A stretch of 64,000 bases of DNA from contig NC_087436.1 of the NCBI RefSeq assembly GCF_036321535.1, forward strand, positions 6,820,001 through 6,884,000. Reading direction: 5' to 3'. The stretch's first letter is position 1; each line of letters starts with the position of its first letter. The DNA comes from Camelus dromedarius. Lineage: Eukaryota. The notes under the pieces were generated by a model that saw only the letters and a program-made list of their open reading frames with translations, ran no database searches and was not told the origin of the DNA. The position numbers were made by a program, and so were the translations under genes. This document shows, one piece after another, positions 11,571 through 24,424 of this stretch.

Positions 11571-14213
11571 AAAATTAGTCTTAGATTAAACATTCATGCT
11601 TTAGTGTGTGACCCCAAATGGCACTCAACCTTGGTGGGTCTATTTCTCCTGAAACACATTCTAAATGACACACTATGTTGCCTTCAGTCCACCAAGTGGT
11701 GGTCTAATTCTCTGTTTATGCTTTTACTATATTTTCTTTGCACAGGTAGAGGATGGGTATTTATCACCTATGTCGACCTCTCCATAGACATTCCTAAACT
11801 GTTAGTACAAATTGTGACAATTTTCCTCATGTGTTGTCATCACGGTGATGGTAATAAAATTATATATTTACTGAATTACGGGAAAATCAATTTGGGGACT
11901 TCCAAGCCCTGTAAGAATGTAAATCATTTAGCAATATTCTTTGGTGTTCACTGACGCTAAACTAAAAGAATTGGAAAGTCCCAGATTTGTTTTGCCTTGG
12001 ATTTCTTTCCCTCCCTTAACCGATACACAAATGCAGAGCATTCCTGGTTCCTGATGTGTGATAAATGTTTGAGGGATAAATGAATAAACATGTGACATGC
12101 AGGTTACAGAAAGCAGTCCCTTACACGGAACTCTCAGCCCTCTTACTACCACCGTGCTCACCAGTTACAAAATAACATCACCTCCGCACCATCAGGGGTT
12201 ACTTTTTCATGTTAATGATTACTGGGAGAAATGCAATCATTTTAAAGTGACAGATCTTTTTTTTCTACTTTCCAATTTTCTAGTTCACCAAAGGGGGGAG
12301 GATTAATTCTGCCATGACTTCTTTTCCCCTTCCCTTCCTCCTTAGGGAGGCTTTCTAGATTGCCATCTTCTCTACTTTATTGTCCTCTGCTTTGGTAAAC
12401 CCTTGGGGTTGCAGCCTAGCTACTTGGTGCTTGTTTGTCAGTTAAAAAGGCTAAGTGGGAGTCCTGCTGGGCTCTCATTTTCTCATTTTTACAGCAGCCT
12501 GTTCCCCGCAAGGGGACACCAGGTGAGCGCAGCTGGGTCACTAGAAGCAGGAGGGGTTAAATGCATCCCCTTGGAGTTGAGTCCCTCCCGTGGCTCCCCA
12601 CCTTGCACCTGCAGTGTCTCCACTCTTCCATTTCTCTCTCCTCTAAGGGAGCATGAACAGAAGTAGCCACCACCCTGAAAAGGTTTGGGGAGAACGGTTG
12701 CTGGGTGGCTAGAGTGCGGATTGTAAGGAGCAGGTGGAAGCTATTTGTCTGAAACCTATTTCTGAAGTTGCTCTCAGCAGTGCTCTGTGAGCGAGCAAAT
12801 CAAATAAATCACCGAGAAAGTGGAGTTAGAGGCATTCTGAATGAGAAGGGAGAGCGATACCGCAGAGGACCCCTGCCCTTTCCGCCAACACGCGTCTACT
12901 CCAGGCAAAGACGTGAGCACCGAGAGTAAACAGCGATGTGTTCCTTCGGCCTCATCCTTTTATGCTGGGATCATTACTGACCCAGTTTAAGGATGAAAAA
13001 GAAATTCAGGATGACTCTCTGGGCGGGAGAACAGTCAGTCAAATGTGGAAGGTAGCGTAATGTGATGAAGGAAGATGCCAGACGGTAAAGCTCTCAAGGA
13101 CTTGTCAGTCACTCAGTCCATGCACACCTTCCTGCATTTGTGGACAGTGCCCCCTGCATTAGGCGGACCTTGGAGCCAGGACAGTATCCTGGCTCCTTAT
13201 CCTTTGAAGCTAGCACCAGAGAGGTGAGTCCCAGAAGTCCCAGTCCCCCAGCTCCACAGGAAAGACCCTGCCTGTGGTGTCCCCACTGTGGGGAGTCAGG
13301 GAAGCAACTCAGATGCTGGGGGACAAGCAGTAGATCAGAGGCAACAATCAAGCCAATGTGGGTGTGAGAATGGGAAAAAGGGAGTCTCGGGGCAGCGAGA
13401 CACACAGTGCGGGGCGAGCACAGGAGGGAACCGTGCAAACCCAGGATGCTGGCCACCGCGTCTGTTCCAGGTGGGCTTCGTGGTGCTCCCAACCCCTTAA
13501 GGTGGGCTTTCCTGCTGCAGGATACACTGGCACCCGCAAGGGTTAGCTGGACCCCCAGTAGGTCTCTCACTGCCTCCAAGCCTCCAAATTGGATCATCTG
13601 GGGGACTTATGGTGAAAACGGGTGCCCTTCCTCACGGGGCTGACCACCACGTGGTCCAGAAGTCAGTGAGGACGGAGGAGGCACGGGAGGTGAGCCAACG
13701 GTCCGCAACAGCAGCAGGACCCAGCGGGGGCGCCCACGCCCTGGGCACAGACAGCCTGTCCCTTCTGCCTGTGATCTCACCCAAAACGGCTCCTGGGCCC
13801 AGACTGACCCAAAACTGTGCAGAGAAGGGCATTCGGGAAGCGTAGTTCCAGCACCGCTAAATCGACGCGGCACAAACCCCGCACACGGACGTGGGGCAAG
13901 TTCAGCACAGCTGACGTGTTCTGCTGTCTCTTAATTGCCCTTTATGTGATTTCTCTGAACCGAATTTTAGGTAGTACATTCCTACTGGTAATGGAAACTA
14001 GTCAAATACAGGCACCGCCGATCGCTGAGAACAAGGCAAGAAAAATCCAAAACATAAAAGGGGAAAAAAGATTTTATTAATTTTTTTTTGCCTCCAAGCA
14101 AGTGTTTTGGTCTTGTTGCCTTTGCAAAACTTGAGGCCTCCTTGGATGCCTGGAAATAACTTAGGAGAGACTCAGGGTCTCCTGCTTGGGTTTACAATGA
14201 TCTCAATAGATGG

Positions 14214-14525
14214 CTTTGGACACAAACTTATTTCCAGACTCACAGACATAGAAAACAAAGTTACGGTTACAAGGCGGGAAATGGGGTGGGGGTGGGGGTA
14301 AACTGAGAGCTCAGGATTAGCAGACATACTAACTAGTATATATAAAACAGATGCACAACAAGGTCCTACTGTGTAGCACAGAGAACTATATTCAATACCT
14401 TGTGATAGCCTATAATGAAAAAGAATATGAAAAAGAATATATATGTACGTAAGATTCACTATGCTGTATACCAGACACTAACACAACATTGTAAATCAAC
14501 TATACTTCAGTAATAATAAAAAAAA
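14214..14525 (+). mobile_element. L1 3'UTR fragment
   Basis: agactcacagacatagaaaacaaa..caacaaggtcctactgtgtagcacag..tail. Flanking aatagatgg direct repeat (14205-14213 / 14526-14534). Confidence 0.88.
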
Positions 14526-14799
14526 AATAGATGGTCCAATTCAAGTGGTTTTTAGTCCAGAGAAATAGCAGCCCCAGGTCAGGGAGAGACCAAGAGGCCA
14601 GTGAACGTCACCCGCCCAGCAGTGACCCAAATGTTTCCATGCACCGTGTTTGTCTATGTTTGTTATATCATCATACAAATGTGGCTGAAAACCTCCCACC
14701 CAAATTTGGAGATAAAGTTTGAGACAGTCTGACTTAAAATAAAGGCTAGATATTGTGTATGAATATCCCAGTATTCCAAAGGCTTTCTTCAAGGCCATT

Positions 14800-15100
14800 A
14801 AAACAAACGGATAATGTCACCAAAGGGGAAAGGGGGCTGGAGGGACAAATCAGGAGTTTGGGATTAGCAGACACACACACTACTATACGTAAAATAGATA
14901 CACAACAAGGTCCTACTGTACAGCACAGGGAAATGTATTCAATATCTTGTAATAGCCTATAATGAAAAAGAATAATAAAAGGAATGTATGTGTATAACTG
15001 AATCACTATGCTGTGCACCAGAAATTAACACAACATTGTAAAATTCTTCAATTAAGAAAAATAAAATAAATAAAAATTAAAATTAATTTTTAAAAAAAGA
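14800..15100 (+). mobile_element. L1 3'UTR fragment
   Basis: Same 3'UTR motifs (ggagtttgggattagcagac; caacaaggtcctactgtacagcacaggg) and A-rich tail. Confidence 0.88.
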
Positions 15101-15544
15101 AATGACAGTGACTCCCAGCTGAAGAAAGCCGTATGAACATGCTCGCACCCCATGTGACAAAGACAGAGGATCTCAATCTCCCGCCAGGATGGTGGACCAG
15201 CCGCCCCTCCAGGCTGCGGCTCCCACCTGGGTGCTCTGGGTGGGGACCGGCAGGAACTGCTTATTTAACAGTGACTAAAGGGGTTCCTGACCAATATACA
15301 GACTAACGTAGATATCTTCCTGCTTTATGGTCCTCACACTGAAAATCCCTCCGATCAGACGGTATTCCCACAGCGCCTCCCCTCTAACAGAGTCGGGGGT
15401 TAACTGCAAACTCTCGTTTCAGTCTTTTCTGCCAAGGTCAGTGAGAAACTATTGTTTTGAGGGGGCGGGGCGAGAGGCGACATTTCAAGGGAACGTAATA
15501 CTTTGGGATGGAAAAAATTTTTTAAAAAAAGAAAGAAAAAAAAT

Positions 15545-15905
15545 TCTTGAAATAAAAGCAAAAATAAACAAATAAAACAGACTCGCAGACATAGTAAACA
15601 ATCTTATGGTTACCGGGGAAAGGCGGTGGGAAGGGATACATTTGGGAGTTTGAGATTTGCAAATGTTAATCACTATATATAAAAATAGATTAAAAAAAAT
15701 TTAAATAAATAAACAAACAAATGGGACCTAATTAAACTTACAAGCTTCTGCACAGCAAAGGAAACTCTCAGCAAAGCAAAAGACAACCTATGGAATGGGA
15801 GAAAATATTTACAAACGATGCAGCTGATGAGGGCTTACCTTCCAGAATATATAAACAGCCCATACAGCTCAGTAACGACAACAACAAAAAAACCCAACCA
15901 AAAAC
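15545..15905 (+). mobile_element. L1 ORF2 internal fragment interrupted by an L1 3'UTR piece
   Basis: ORF2 sequence gaaataaaagcaaaaataaacaaat|gggacctaattaaacttacaagcttctgcacagc is split by 3'UTR sequence at about 15575-15710. Confidence 0.75.
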
Positions 15906-16572
15906 TGAAATCCCTGTGATCTGGAAGTGCTTTTTTTTTTTTTAATCCCTGCAGACAAGAGGAGCTGACACCCCTCAGGTCCTTTCTCCAGTAAGGGGGG
16001 TGTGTGTGACCGTGTGTGCACCTGGACACAGGCTCACCCCCAAGGGGCGGTGATGGGATGTGAGTGTGGTTCCGAGGTGGAGCCTGTGTGTTAAGTGGCT
16101 AACAATCCCCAGAAGAGGAAATGAATGACATCTCCCACGTCAGTTCCTAGGGTTGTAGAACCATAGGCATGTGCCCTTCACTGAGCCCACGTGACTAACA
16201 CGCCTACTTTGTTCTGCTTCTATTTTGTGAAACGGGGGTGTGATAGCTACTTAGCTGGTGAATAAAAGTTTGAAAGAGTCTGGAAATCTGTAGAAGAAAG
16301 AGATGTGGGAGGTATTATTTCCTTGCTTGGAACAAAGGATCTATCCAACCCGATTGTCATCAGCATGTAATCCATAATCTCGGCTTAACTTCAGATAGTT
16401 TTGTTTGCCTAAGTTTTGACTACCTAGATTCCTAATTATCCTGTCATCAGTGCCATAATCCACTGGGCTGAAAGAGATATTCTGGTTTATATTAAGCATT
16501 TACAGAATGATATAACACACTAATATGAATTATACAAATGATCCGGTCTTTTTAAAGAATTATGAGCCTTTA

Positions 16573-17269
16573 GAGCCCTCCCACACTGTTGGTGGGAATG
16601 TAATTTGGAGCAGCCCCTATGAGGAACAGTACAGAGGTTATACCCAGAAAAAAACCCTCTAATTGAGAAGATATATGTACCCCAAAGTTCACAGCTGCAC
16701 TATTTACAATAGCCAAAACAAGGAAGGAAGCTAAATGCCAATCAACAGATGACTGGATAAAGAAGATGTGGCAAATATATAAAATGGAATATTACTCAGC
16801 CATAAAAATGAAATAATGCCATTTGCAGCAACATGGATGAAATCAGTTTAGAGACTATCATACTCAGTGAAGTAACTCAGAAAGAGAAAGATATGCTATC
16901 ACTTATGTGTGGAATCTAAGAAAAAAATGATACAAAGGAACTTATTTACAAAACAGAAATAGACTCACAGGCAGAATACAAGCTTAGTTACCAAAAGGGA
17001 AAGGGGGTGAAGGATAAATTAGGAGTTTGGGATTAACAGATACAAACTACTATATACAAAATAGATAAACAAGGACCTACTGCATAGCACAGGGAACTGT
17101 ATTAAATACTTTGTAATAACCTATAATGGAAAAGAGTCTGAAAGTGAATACATATTTATTTATATATATATATATATATGTATGTATAATTGAATCAACT
17201 TTGCTGTATAACTGAAACATTGTAAATCAACTATACTTCAATTAAAAAATAAAAATTAGGAAAAAAATA
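16573..17269 (+). mobile_element. 5'-truncated L1 3' end with TSD
   Basis: ORF2 C-terminal and 3'UTR motifs. TSD core atgagccttta (16562-16572 / 17270-17280). Confidence 0.9.
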
Positions 17270-18769
17270 ATGAGCCTTTAAATTACATTTAAAAACCAAA
17301 GGTTGTGAGCTGAGACTTCCGCTCTTCTGACTAGAGGCAAGTTGGACCTTCCAGACTTGGAGGACCTGTGAGCTCCCGGGGGTAGAATGAGGGAAGCCCC
17401 TGCTGCCTGGGGTCTGCAGTGTTTCCCACGTGTCACATGTAACTGTTGTCACAGTCTGCTTTTTCAAGTGCAGGTTCCAAGGCCCCTGGAAAACTAGCTA
17501 AGAATTTGGCCCATTCTGCATTCTTAAATGTCTCCTTAAGTGATTCTTACGCACACTACATTTCGAGATTCAGTGCCCTAGATTTGGGAGTGTGGTTAGT
17601 TCAGAGTCTCCTTTGGGGAGATCTCAGTACTGCCAGCAGTAGAACGTCACCAGGAGCCCAGAAGGTGGACTTGGCTCCCTTCTCAAGGCACACCGTGTCT
17701 CCCTTTTCCTCAGTAGCCACTCCTCTCCCCCAGCGGTGCGCTGGAGAGTTTGGATCATTGTTTAGTAAACCTGGGAGACGCTGCCCTCATTCCAGCCACT
17801 CGGGGTTCCTGGCTCTGCCCTCACGTCTCCCACCTCCAATCTCAGGGGGTGGGGGTCACTTGACTAACAGGAATGAGGCTTGGAATAAACCAGGGGTCGC
17901 CATTCCTCCACCGGAAGCTTCCCTTAGGCTGTTCTAAGTCCTTGCGAAGCCTGTCTAGTTCAGCCCCGGACACACATCAGGAGCGACCATCGCATCCCTC
18001 AAACAACTGCCTCTCCCGCAATTCTGTCGTTCCCAGAGGGGATCTCCTTTGTTTTAGAAAGTGCTGCCCCAAATAAACGATCTGACCAAACAAGTGTTTG
18101 GATGTCTCGTTCAGTGCTGTGATTCTTAAAGGCGTGGATAATCTCAGACTCTTCCCTGGAGTGTCTCTCTCTTAAAGGTGATACCTGTGGTCAAAGGGGC
18201 CTTTTACTAGGTGCTGGGAAAGGGTCCGCCTTTCCTGAGATAATTGCTGGCACCTGGAGTTAGCAAGGGAGGCACGCTTCCCTGTATCCCTCAGGACCAC
18301 ACCCAGCAGCACTGGGGAAAGCTGCCGCTCCTCCTGCAGAGGAGCGAGGAGACAGGAGGGAAGCAGACTCAGGTAAACGAAGGGGGCGCCTCTGGAAGAC
18401 TTCACACTTAAGGAGACCTCTCTGTTCTTCCTGACAGGACCACGTGTCGGTTTCCTCAGCCAACATCACGTGAGTTCACGTATTCCAAAATCTGCCATCC
18501 AGCCAAAACATCGTGTTAAGGGAACTTGTTTTCTTTAGTATTATTTAGATCAGGTTTATAGGAAAACCCAAAAGGCCAGTAGTTAGCAAGTTAAGAAAAA
18601 TATTTTGTGGGGGCTTTAGTTAGCATCACAAAGAATGTTCTGGGCCCAGTAGCTGGCAGTCTGCTGGTTTATACTGCTGGCGATCTATGTCAGCTGGGAG
18701 TGGTTAACGCGTGTACGGTGCTGACCACGTGCCAGACATTCTTAACCAGAAAGAATTCAGATTCTTGGA

Positions 18770-18920
18770 GCCCCTGAGCCAGCATCATGGGGTCACCAGA
18801 GGGCTTGGTAGAAATGCAGACTCTCAGGCCCGCCCAGACCTTGGGAGTACAAATCTGCATTTTACAAGGCTCCCCAGGTGATCCACATGCACATTAAAGT
18901 TTAAAACCCACCGGCTTAGA
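18770..18920. mobile_element. MER5A-like MITE
   Basis: gcttggtagaaatgcagactctcaggccc...aaatctgcattttacaaggctccccaggtgatcc...cattaaagttt. Confidence 0.75.
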
Positions 18921-19138
18921 AAATCTTGGATCATTTTTCTCTGCACCCATTAAAAAACCTGCTTCTGGCTTCAGATTTTAGGAGATAATGTGTACTTGGC
19001 TGGTTTCTTATGAGAAAAATAGGATTCTAAGATGATTTCGTGTCCTCCCCGAGAAAATCCCTCCTCCAGAAAATCAACTGTTCAAGAAAATAAATAGTAT
19101 AAATTCTTAAAAACAAAACCTTCAAAAAAGTTATTGAA

Positions 19139-19336
19139 ATAGATAAACAAGGACCTACTGCATATATACCACAGGGAACTATATTCAATTTCTTATAATG
19201 AGCTGTAATGGAAAAGAATCTGAAAAAAATATATATATATATATAATGTATGTATCTGTATAACTGAATTGCTTTGCTGTATACCTGAAACTAACATTGT
19301 AAATCAACTACACGTCAATAAAAATAAGAATTAATT
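19139..19336 (+). mobile_element. Short L1 3' tail with perfect 14-bp TSD
   Basis: TSD aaaaagttattgaa at 19125-19138 and 19337-19350. Confidence 0.9.
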
Positions 19337-21197
19337 AAAAAGTTATTGAATTTGTATTTATATGCAGGTGCCTTAATTTCATTAAATCATCATAGAAAAC
19401 AGTATGAAATAGGTCCTACTATCCTCAAATTACAGACGAGGAGACTGCAATCAGAGGGATTAAGACGCAAAGCCAGCTTGGACGGCTGAGTTTACAGTCC
19501 TTGCTTCTCCAAGCAGGACCTTCACGCGCAGGAAATCCTAGCAGGGCCACAGTGCCCAGCACACAGTGAACCACCACCTAACCTTTGACACAATACTTTT
19601 TTCCAACCCTGTTTCAACAAAAACATTTTTTGCCTAATCCTGAGCATTTCCCCCTGATTTAAAGAAGTGATATTAATGTAACCTACAAAGTATCAACTTT
19701 GGAGAATAAAATCAAAGCCCAGAAAGGCAAATCAATTCCTCTCCTTTCCATCTTAGTTCAGCCAATAAAAGCACACGTTGTTCAAAAAAACCAAAAAGAC
19801 AAAGAAGACAAAAAAACTAGAGTTTGAGACAAAGCTTGTCCTTGGAGGTCCTCTTCTCAGGGCTTGGTTTCAATGCTTTTCAAAGTGATGCCAGCAATTA
19901 ATGTTTTTTTTCCTGCAAATCACAGCTGTGATGATTCACACGACCAACAAGTTCAGGTAGAATTGATTTGAAACTGCTGTTACTTGTAGATAAATTTTGA
20001 TCCAGGTAAATCACATGCTCTGACTCCAGAATAAATACAGATCAGCCAACAAACATGACAGGACCACCAAAATGTGTAAGCTTTGTTCACAAGTTGGTTT
20101 TTAAACGGTGACATATTTGCTTCATGAATTAGAGTCGTGAGCCTTAAGCTGAATTTGCCATAGGTCTCTTTGATTCTTTCTTCAGCTAGGAAACCACAGA
20201 CAGTTCCGTGTGAAGTCACATTCTATTTTTAAAATTAAATTGAAGGCATAACTATTGGTGTGACAGCTTCACAGGGCAAGAAACGAGATGAATCAATGGG
20301 TCTGAAATCCAGGCTAATGGAGCAAGCCTTTCAGAATCACACACACATTTATGTACTTCACCTACCACTTAGAGTTTCATTCATCATATTGGTTTTTGCC
20401 CATTTCCTGGAGAGTATTTCCAATTCTCACATACTTCTAACAGAAGTCCCACATTGTGATTCCTCCTTCAGGAGGTGGAATTCTGCAACATTCCTGGTTT
20501 ACATGTGCAGATTTTCTAGCAGATCTGTGATGGCTGGATAAAATACTAATATTTGTATTTAGTCAGTACTCTGGGTATAATGCACATAAATACATAATAC
20601 AAACAGGGGGCAGGCGGAGGATCTCATCCTTTCGATCAAGGTGGCGTGAACTTGAGATCAGGGCTTTGTGACCTTGAGCGGTTTACTTAATTCTCAGAGC
20701 CTCAGTATTTCCATCAAAAACATACAGATTCTGAAAATCAAAACAGGGTCTGATTCGCGGGGGCCTGGGGGGGAGTCACATAAAGGAACTTTTCAGGATG
20801 ATGAAAATATTCATGGTCTTGCTCTAAAAAAGTAAGCACACAGGTGTGCTCCCGCTGTAAAGTGTCACCGAGCTCAACACTAGATTAATATACTTAACAG
20901 AGTGTCTGTTACTTGTCAACTTTTTAAAAGGTTTTTAAAGTCGGACTCCCTGACACTTCTTTCAAAAAGAATTGCTAGCCCTTTATTAGTTGCAAAATAA
21001 ATAAACTCTAAGATCCATCTATTATGCAGGAGGCAATTGATGCCCTAATTATGACCTTTGAAAAGCAAAGAAATGAGTAAGAAAAAACAAAACAAAACAC
21101 AGGACATGTTTTGGAGGAGTGTCCTAGGAGGCAATGGCCCTCCCTTCCCACTTCCTCTACGCGACTCAAGGTCTTCAGAATTGGATTTTTGAGCAAT

Positions 21198-22091
21198 GCA
21201 CTCGGTGGTCCCAGGGGTGTGTCTCCAGCTCCCATGGTGTCTGGACAGAACAGACCCAGGGACCCCCTTGCTCCAGCCTCCCACCACCCTCCAGCCTTTT
21301 TTCCAGTTGCAACCTTCAGAACCAGCCACTCTGCCACCCTCGGCCTCCGGGACCAGCCAACACCATCCTTTGAGCTTAGCTCCTTGTTACGGATCAACTG
21401 TGAGCCCCCAGATTGGTCAGAATTACCCCACCAGGTGGAGGCCGCCTTCACCTGCCCTGTCACCCTGCACCTGTGGGCCCCGTCCACCTACCTCTCTCTG
21501 GGCTCCTATTTCCCCCAAGACCAGGTGGCTTTGGAGGGTGTGGGCCACTTTCCCCGAATCAGCCAAGGAGAAGCACGAGGGCCAAGAGCATCTCTTGAAG
21601 ATGCAAAGCCAGTGGGTGACCGCGCCCTCTTGCAGAACAAGCAGAAGCCACCCCAAGATGAGTGGGGTGAAACCCAGGACGCTGTGGAAGCCACTGGGGT
21701 CCTGGGGAAGAACCTGAACTAGGCCCTTTCGGGTCCGCCTGCCCTGGGTTCTGCCTGCAGACCCCTCCTCCGTGACGTCCTGGAGATGCACCTCCTGTTG
21801 GCGCAGGTGAGACTCATCCAGAAGACGGGCGGTGGACCACCTGACCCTCCTGTGCAGGTGGGCTGGTCCCCGGGGGCTGGGCTGGTGTCCCTCCCGAAGG
21901 CTCAACCCCAAGCACGACTCAGGGGCTCTGGAAGCCAGCAGCCTTGGGGGGGCCCGCTGGTGTCAGGGTTTCTGCCTGAAGCCTCTCTCTGCCGCCACCA
22001 GGCAGCTTTTTAACCATCCTGGAGCCTTTTCTCCAGCCTTGGGCCAAATGGAAACAATAAAGCTTTTTGCAGGAGAGAAAAAAAAAAAAAA
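21198..22091 (+). pseudogene. FTL: Ferritin light chain (FTL) processed pseudogene, full length (5'UTR with IRE remnant, CDS, 3'UTR, poly(A))
   Basis: Intronless similarity to FTL mRNA, with peptide remnants TYLSLGSYF..VALEGVGHF, EHLLKMQ and PQDEWGETQDA in shifting frames. Start ATG appears as GTG (21400-21402), TAG at 21720-21722, several frameshifts, AATAAA at 22056-22061, poly(A) at 22078-22091. Confidence 0.93.
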
Positions 22092-22599
22092 GGACTTGTG
22101 TTTCCTTTCACTCTGGGGACAGCTGTGATGAATATATAGATTAAGCAGGTAACAGGATAACCTGTCCCATTCTAACCAGAATAATGCGGTTTGAGAGAAC
22201 AGGAAACCCCTTATTCACGTCCATTTTTGTGCCCTCCAAAGCTTGTGCCCAAGTCTTTAGTGATCTTAGGGATTCGATTTCTAGTTGTTAAATTGGATTT
22301 CAAATCGATACAATAAAAATTTAGAACAAATTTTTTTTCTAAAATACATTTTAAAAGGAAAAATATTAAAATTTGACAGAAAAATAAAACTTGAGTGGTC
22401 AAATGAGGTAGTCACAGTATGCTAAAGAAATATACACTGTGAATCATTTACGGAGTAATGGAGTTTCGCTAGAAATTAGAGAAATTGAAATTAGAGCAAT
22501 TACAGCTATTGATGATGTGGTATAGTGGCATTACACTTACAGCAAAAAAAGGAAAATTTGATTTTAAACTTTAATTAGACGTTAAAACCCTACACAACT

Positions 22600-22887
22600 C
22601 TTTTTAAATTTTATTTATTTTTTTAAAATTTTATTTTATTGAACTATAGTTGATTTACAATGTTAATTTAAGGTGCACAGCAAAGTGATTCAATTATACA
22701 GATACATACATAGATATTTTTTCAGATTCTTTTCCATTATAACTTATTACAAGAAACTGAATACAGTTCCCTGTGCTCTAGGTAGGTCCTGGCTGTTTAT
22801 CTATTTTATACAGAGTAATGTGTACCTGCTAATCCCAAACTCCTAATTTATTCCTCCCCTCCTTTCCCCTTTGGTAATCATAGTTTG
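22600..22887 (-). mobile_element. L1 3'UTR fragment (antisense)
   Basis: T-rich start, tatagttgatttacaatgtt, ctaatcccaaactcctaatttattcctcccc. Flanking taaaacccta repeats. Confidence 0.85.
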
Positions 22888-24424
22888 TAAAACCCTATAA
22901 AACCCTGAAATCACACTCAAAGTTGCTGCAAAATTTCTCAACCTCCGATAATCTGGTTAGTTTCTCCTTTACATATCAGCATTCAAGATAATTTTAAAAA
23001 ATAATTTCTCATGGTATTTTCTTGCTTTTACATTAATTATTAATAGTGAATATTTTCTACATTTTTATTGCAACTATACAATATTTGATGTAAAGTATGC
23101 ATCAAATCAACTTTTTGTTTGCCTCACCAGGGTAACGTAACCACTTATGCCAGTATTTTTATGAGAGCATGGGCTGTCCGTTGAAATCAGTTCCAAATCT
23201 GGAGGAAAAGATTTAAGTCCCAATATTTTAAAAAGGTCCCGAGTAATTGGCTTTAGAGGAATTGAAATTGTAATGCCTGATCTGAGTAAAAATCAGCGTG
23301 TTGTGTGTTGACCACGGAAGCATCCCAGACGCAAGCTTCCCTAAAGAGGTGAACCTGACTGTAATCAAGCCTCAAGAGCTAAACACAGTTTACAGAAAAT
23401 ACAGAGGAGAAAGGTGCAAGTGAAATGAAAAGACAAGAAAGCAGCAGAGAAATCCAAATCGTTGGGTGTTTCTACTGGATAACCAGCCTCATTCCTGCAA
23501 CAAGCCAATGGCAAGACGGAAAGAAGACTGCACCAGCTCACAAGACACCAAGAGACACAACACAACCGAATGCAACGTGCGCAACTAGTGTGACCCGTAG
23601 TCTCACAATCGACTGTAAAAATGCATGTTAGAGGAAACTAGGGAAGTATTACCGTGGACTAGTCATTGCACGATGTCAAAGGATAACTGTTAGTTTTGTT
23701 AGGTGTGGTAATGGCCATGTGGCTTCACAAGACATACACACAGTGAGATGTGTAGGAATGAGGTAATGTGATATCTGGAATTCACTTTAAAATATCTCAG
23801 CACATGAAAAAGAAAAAAATGATAGGTGATCAAATGTGGAACATTTTTGACAAATTGTTGAATATGAGTGACAAGTGGGGTGTGCGTAAAAATATTCATA
23901 ACAAAAATTTTAAAAGGCACATCCAGAAAACATTGATATATACCTCTCCAATTATTGAAAATAAACCAAAGTAATTTAAAAAAATATTTGCAGGCTTTAC
24001 ATTGTTCATAGTATTTTATACAGCTCCCTAAAGTTCATGGCCTCAATAAGAGTCTGTATCTTTCACAGATACAGCTAATTCCGCTGTTTGTAAATATACC
24101 ACAAAACAATAATAGAAAAGGAAAAATAATTTATGTAAAAGTATTCCTGTAGCTTTATTATAACAGAAAATTTGGAAATTAAATATAAAATACAGGAGAA
24201 TGTAAAGTTATTATGTACCAATATATTGAAAAACCTTAAACTTATCAAAGGTGACAAGAATTTGAGCTATGCAAATACATGAATCTGAGTACACACTGAT
24301 ATAAATTACGTATCAATTAAGATTCTTTCACAGCTACAAGTGACAGAAAAGCCAACCCAAAATGGCTTAAGGCAAAGAGGAAATCCACTGGCTGGTGGAA
24401 ATGAAAAGTTTAAGAGACACACAA

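Noticed and set aside
22200..23280. AT-rich stretch that might be a hAT transposase remnant
   Set aside because: No terminal inverted repeats or translatable transposase motif that I could confirm by eye.
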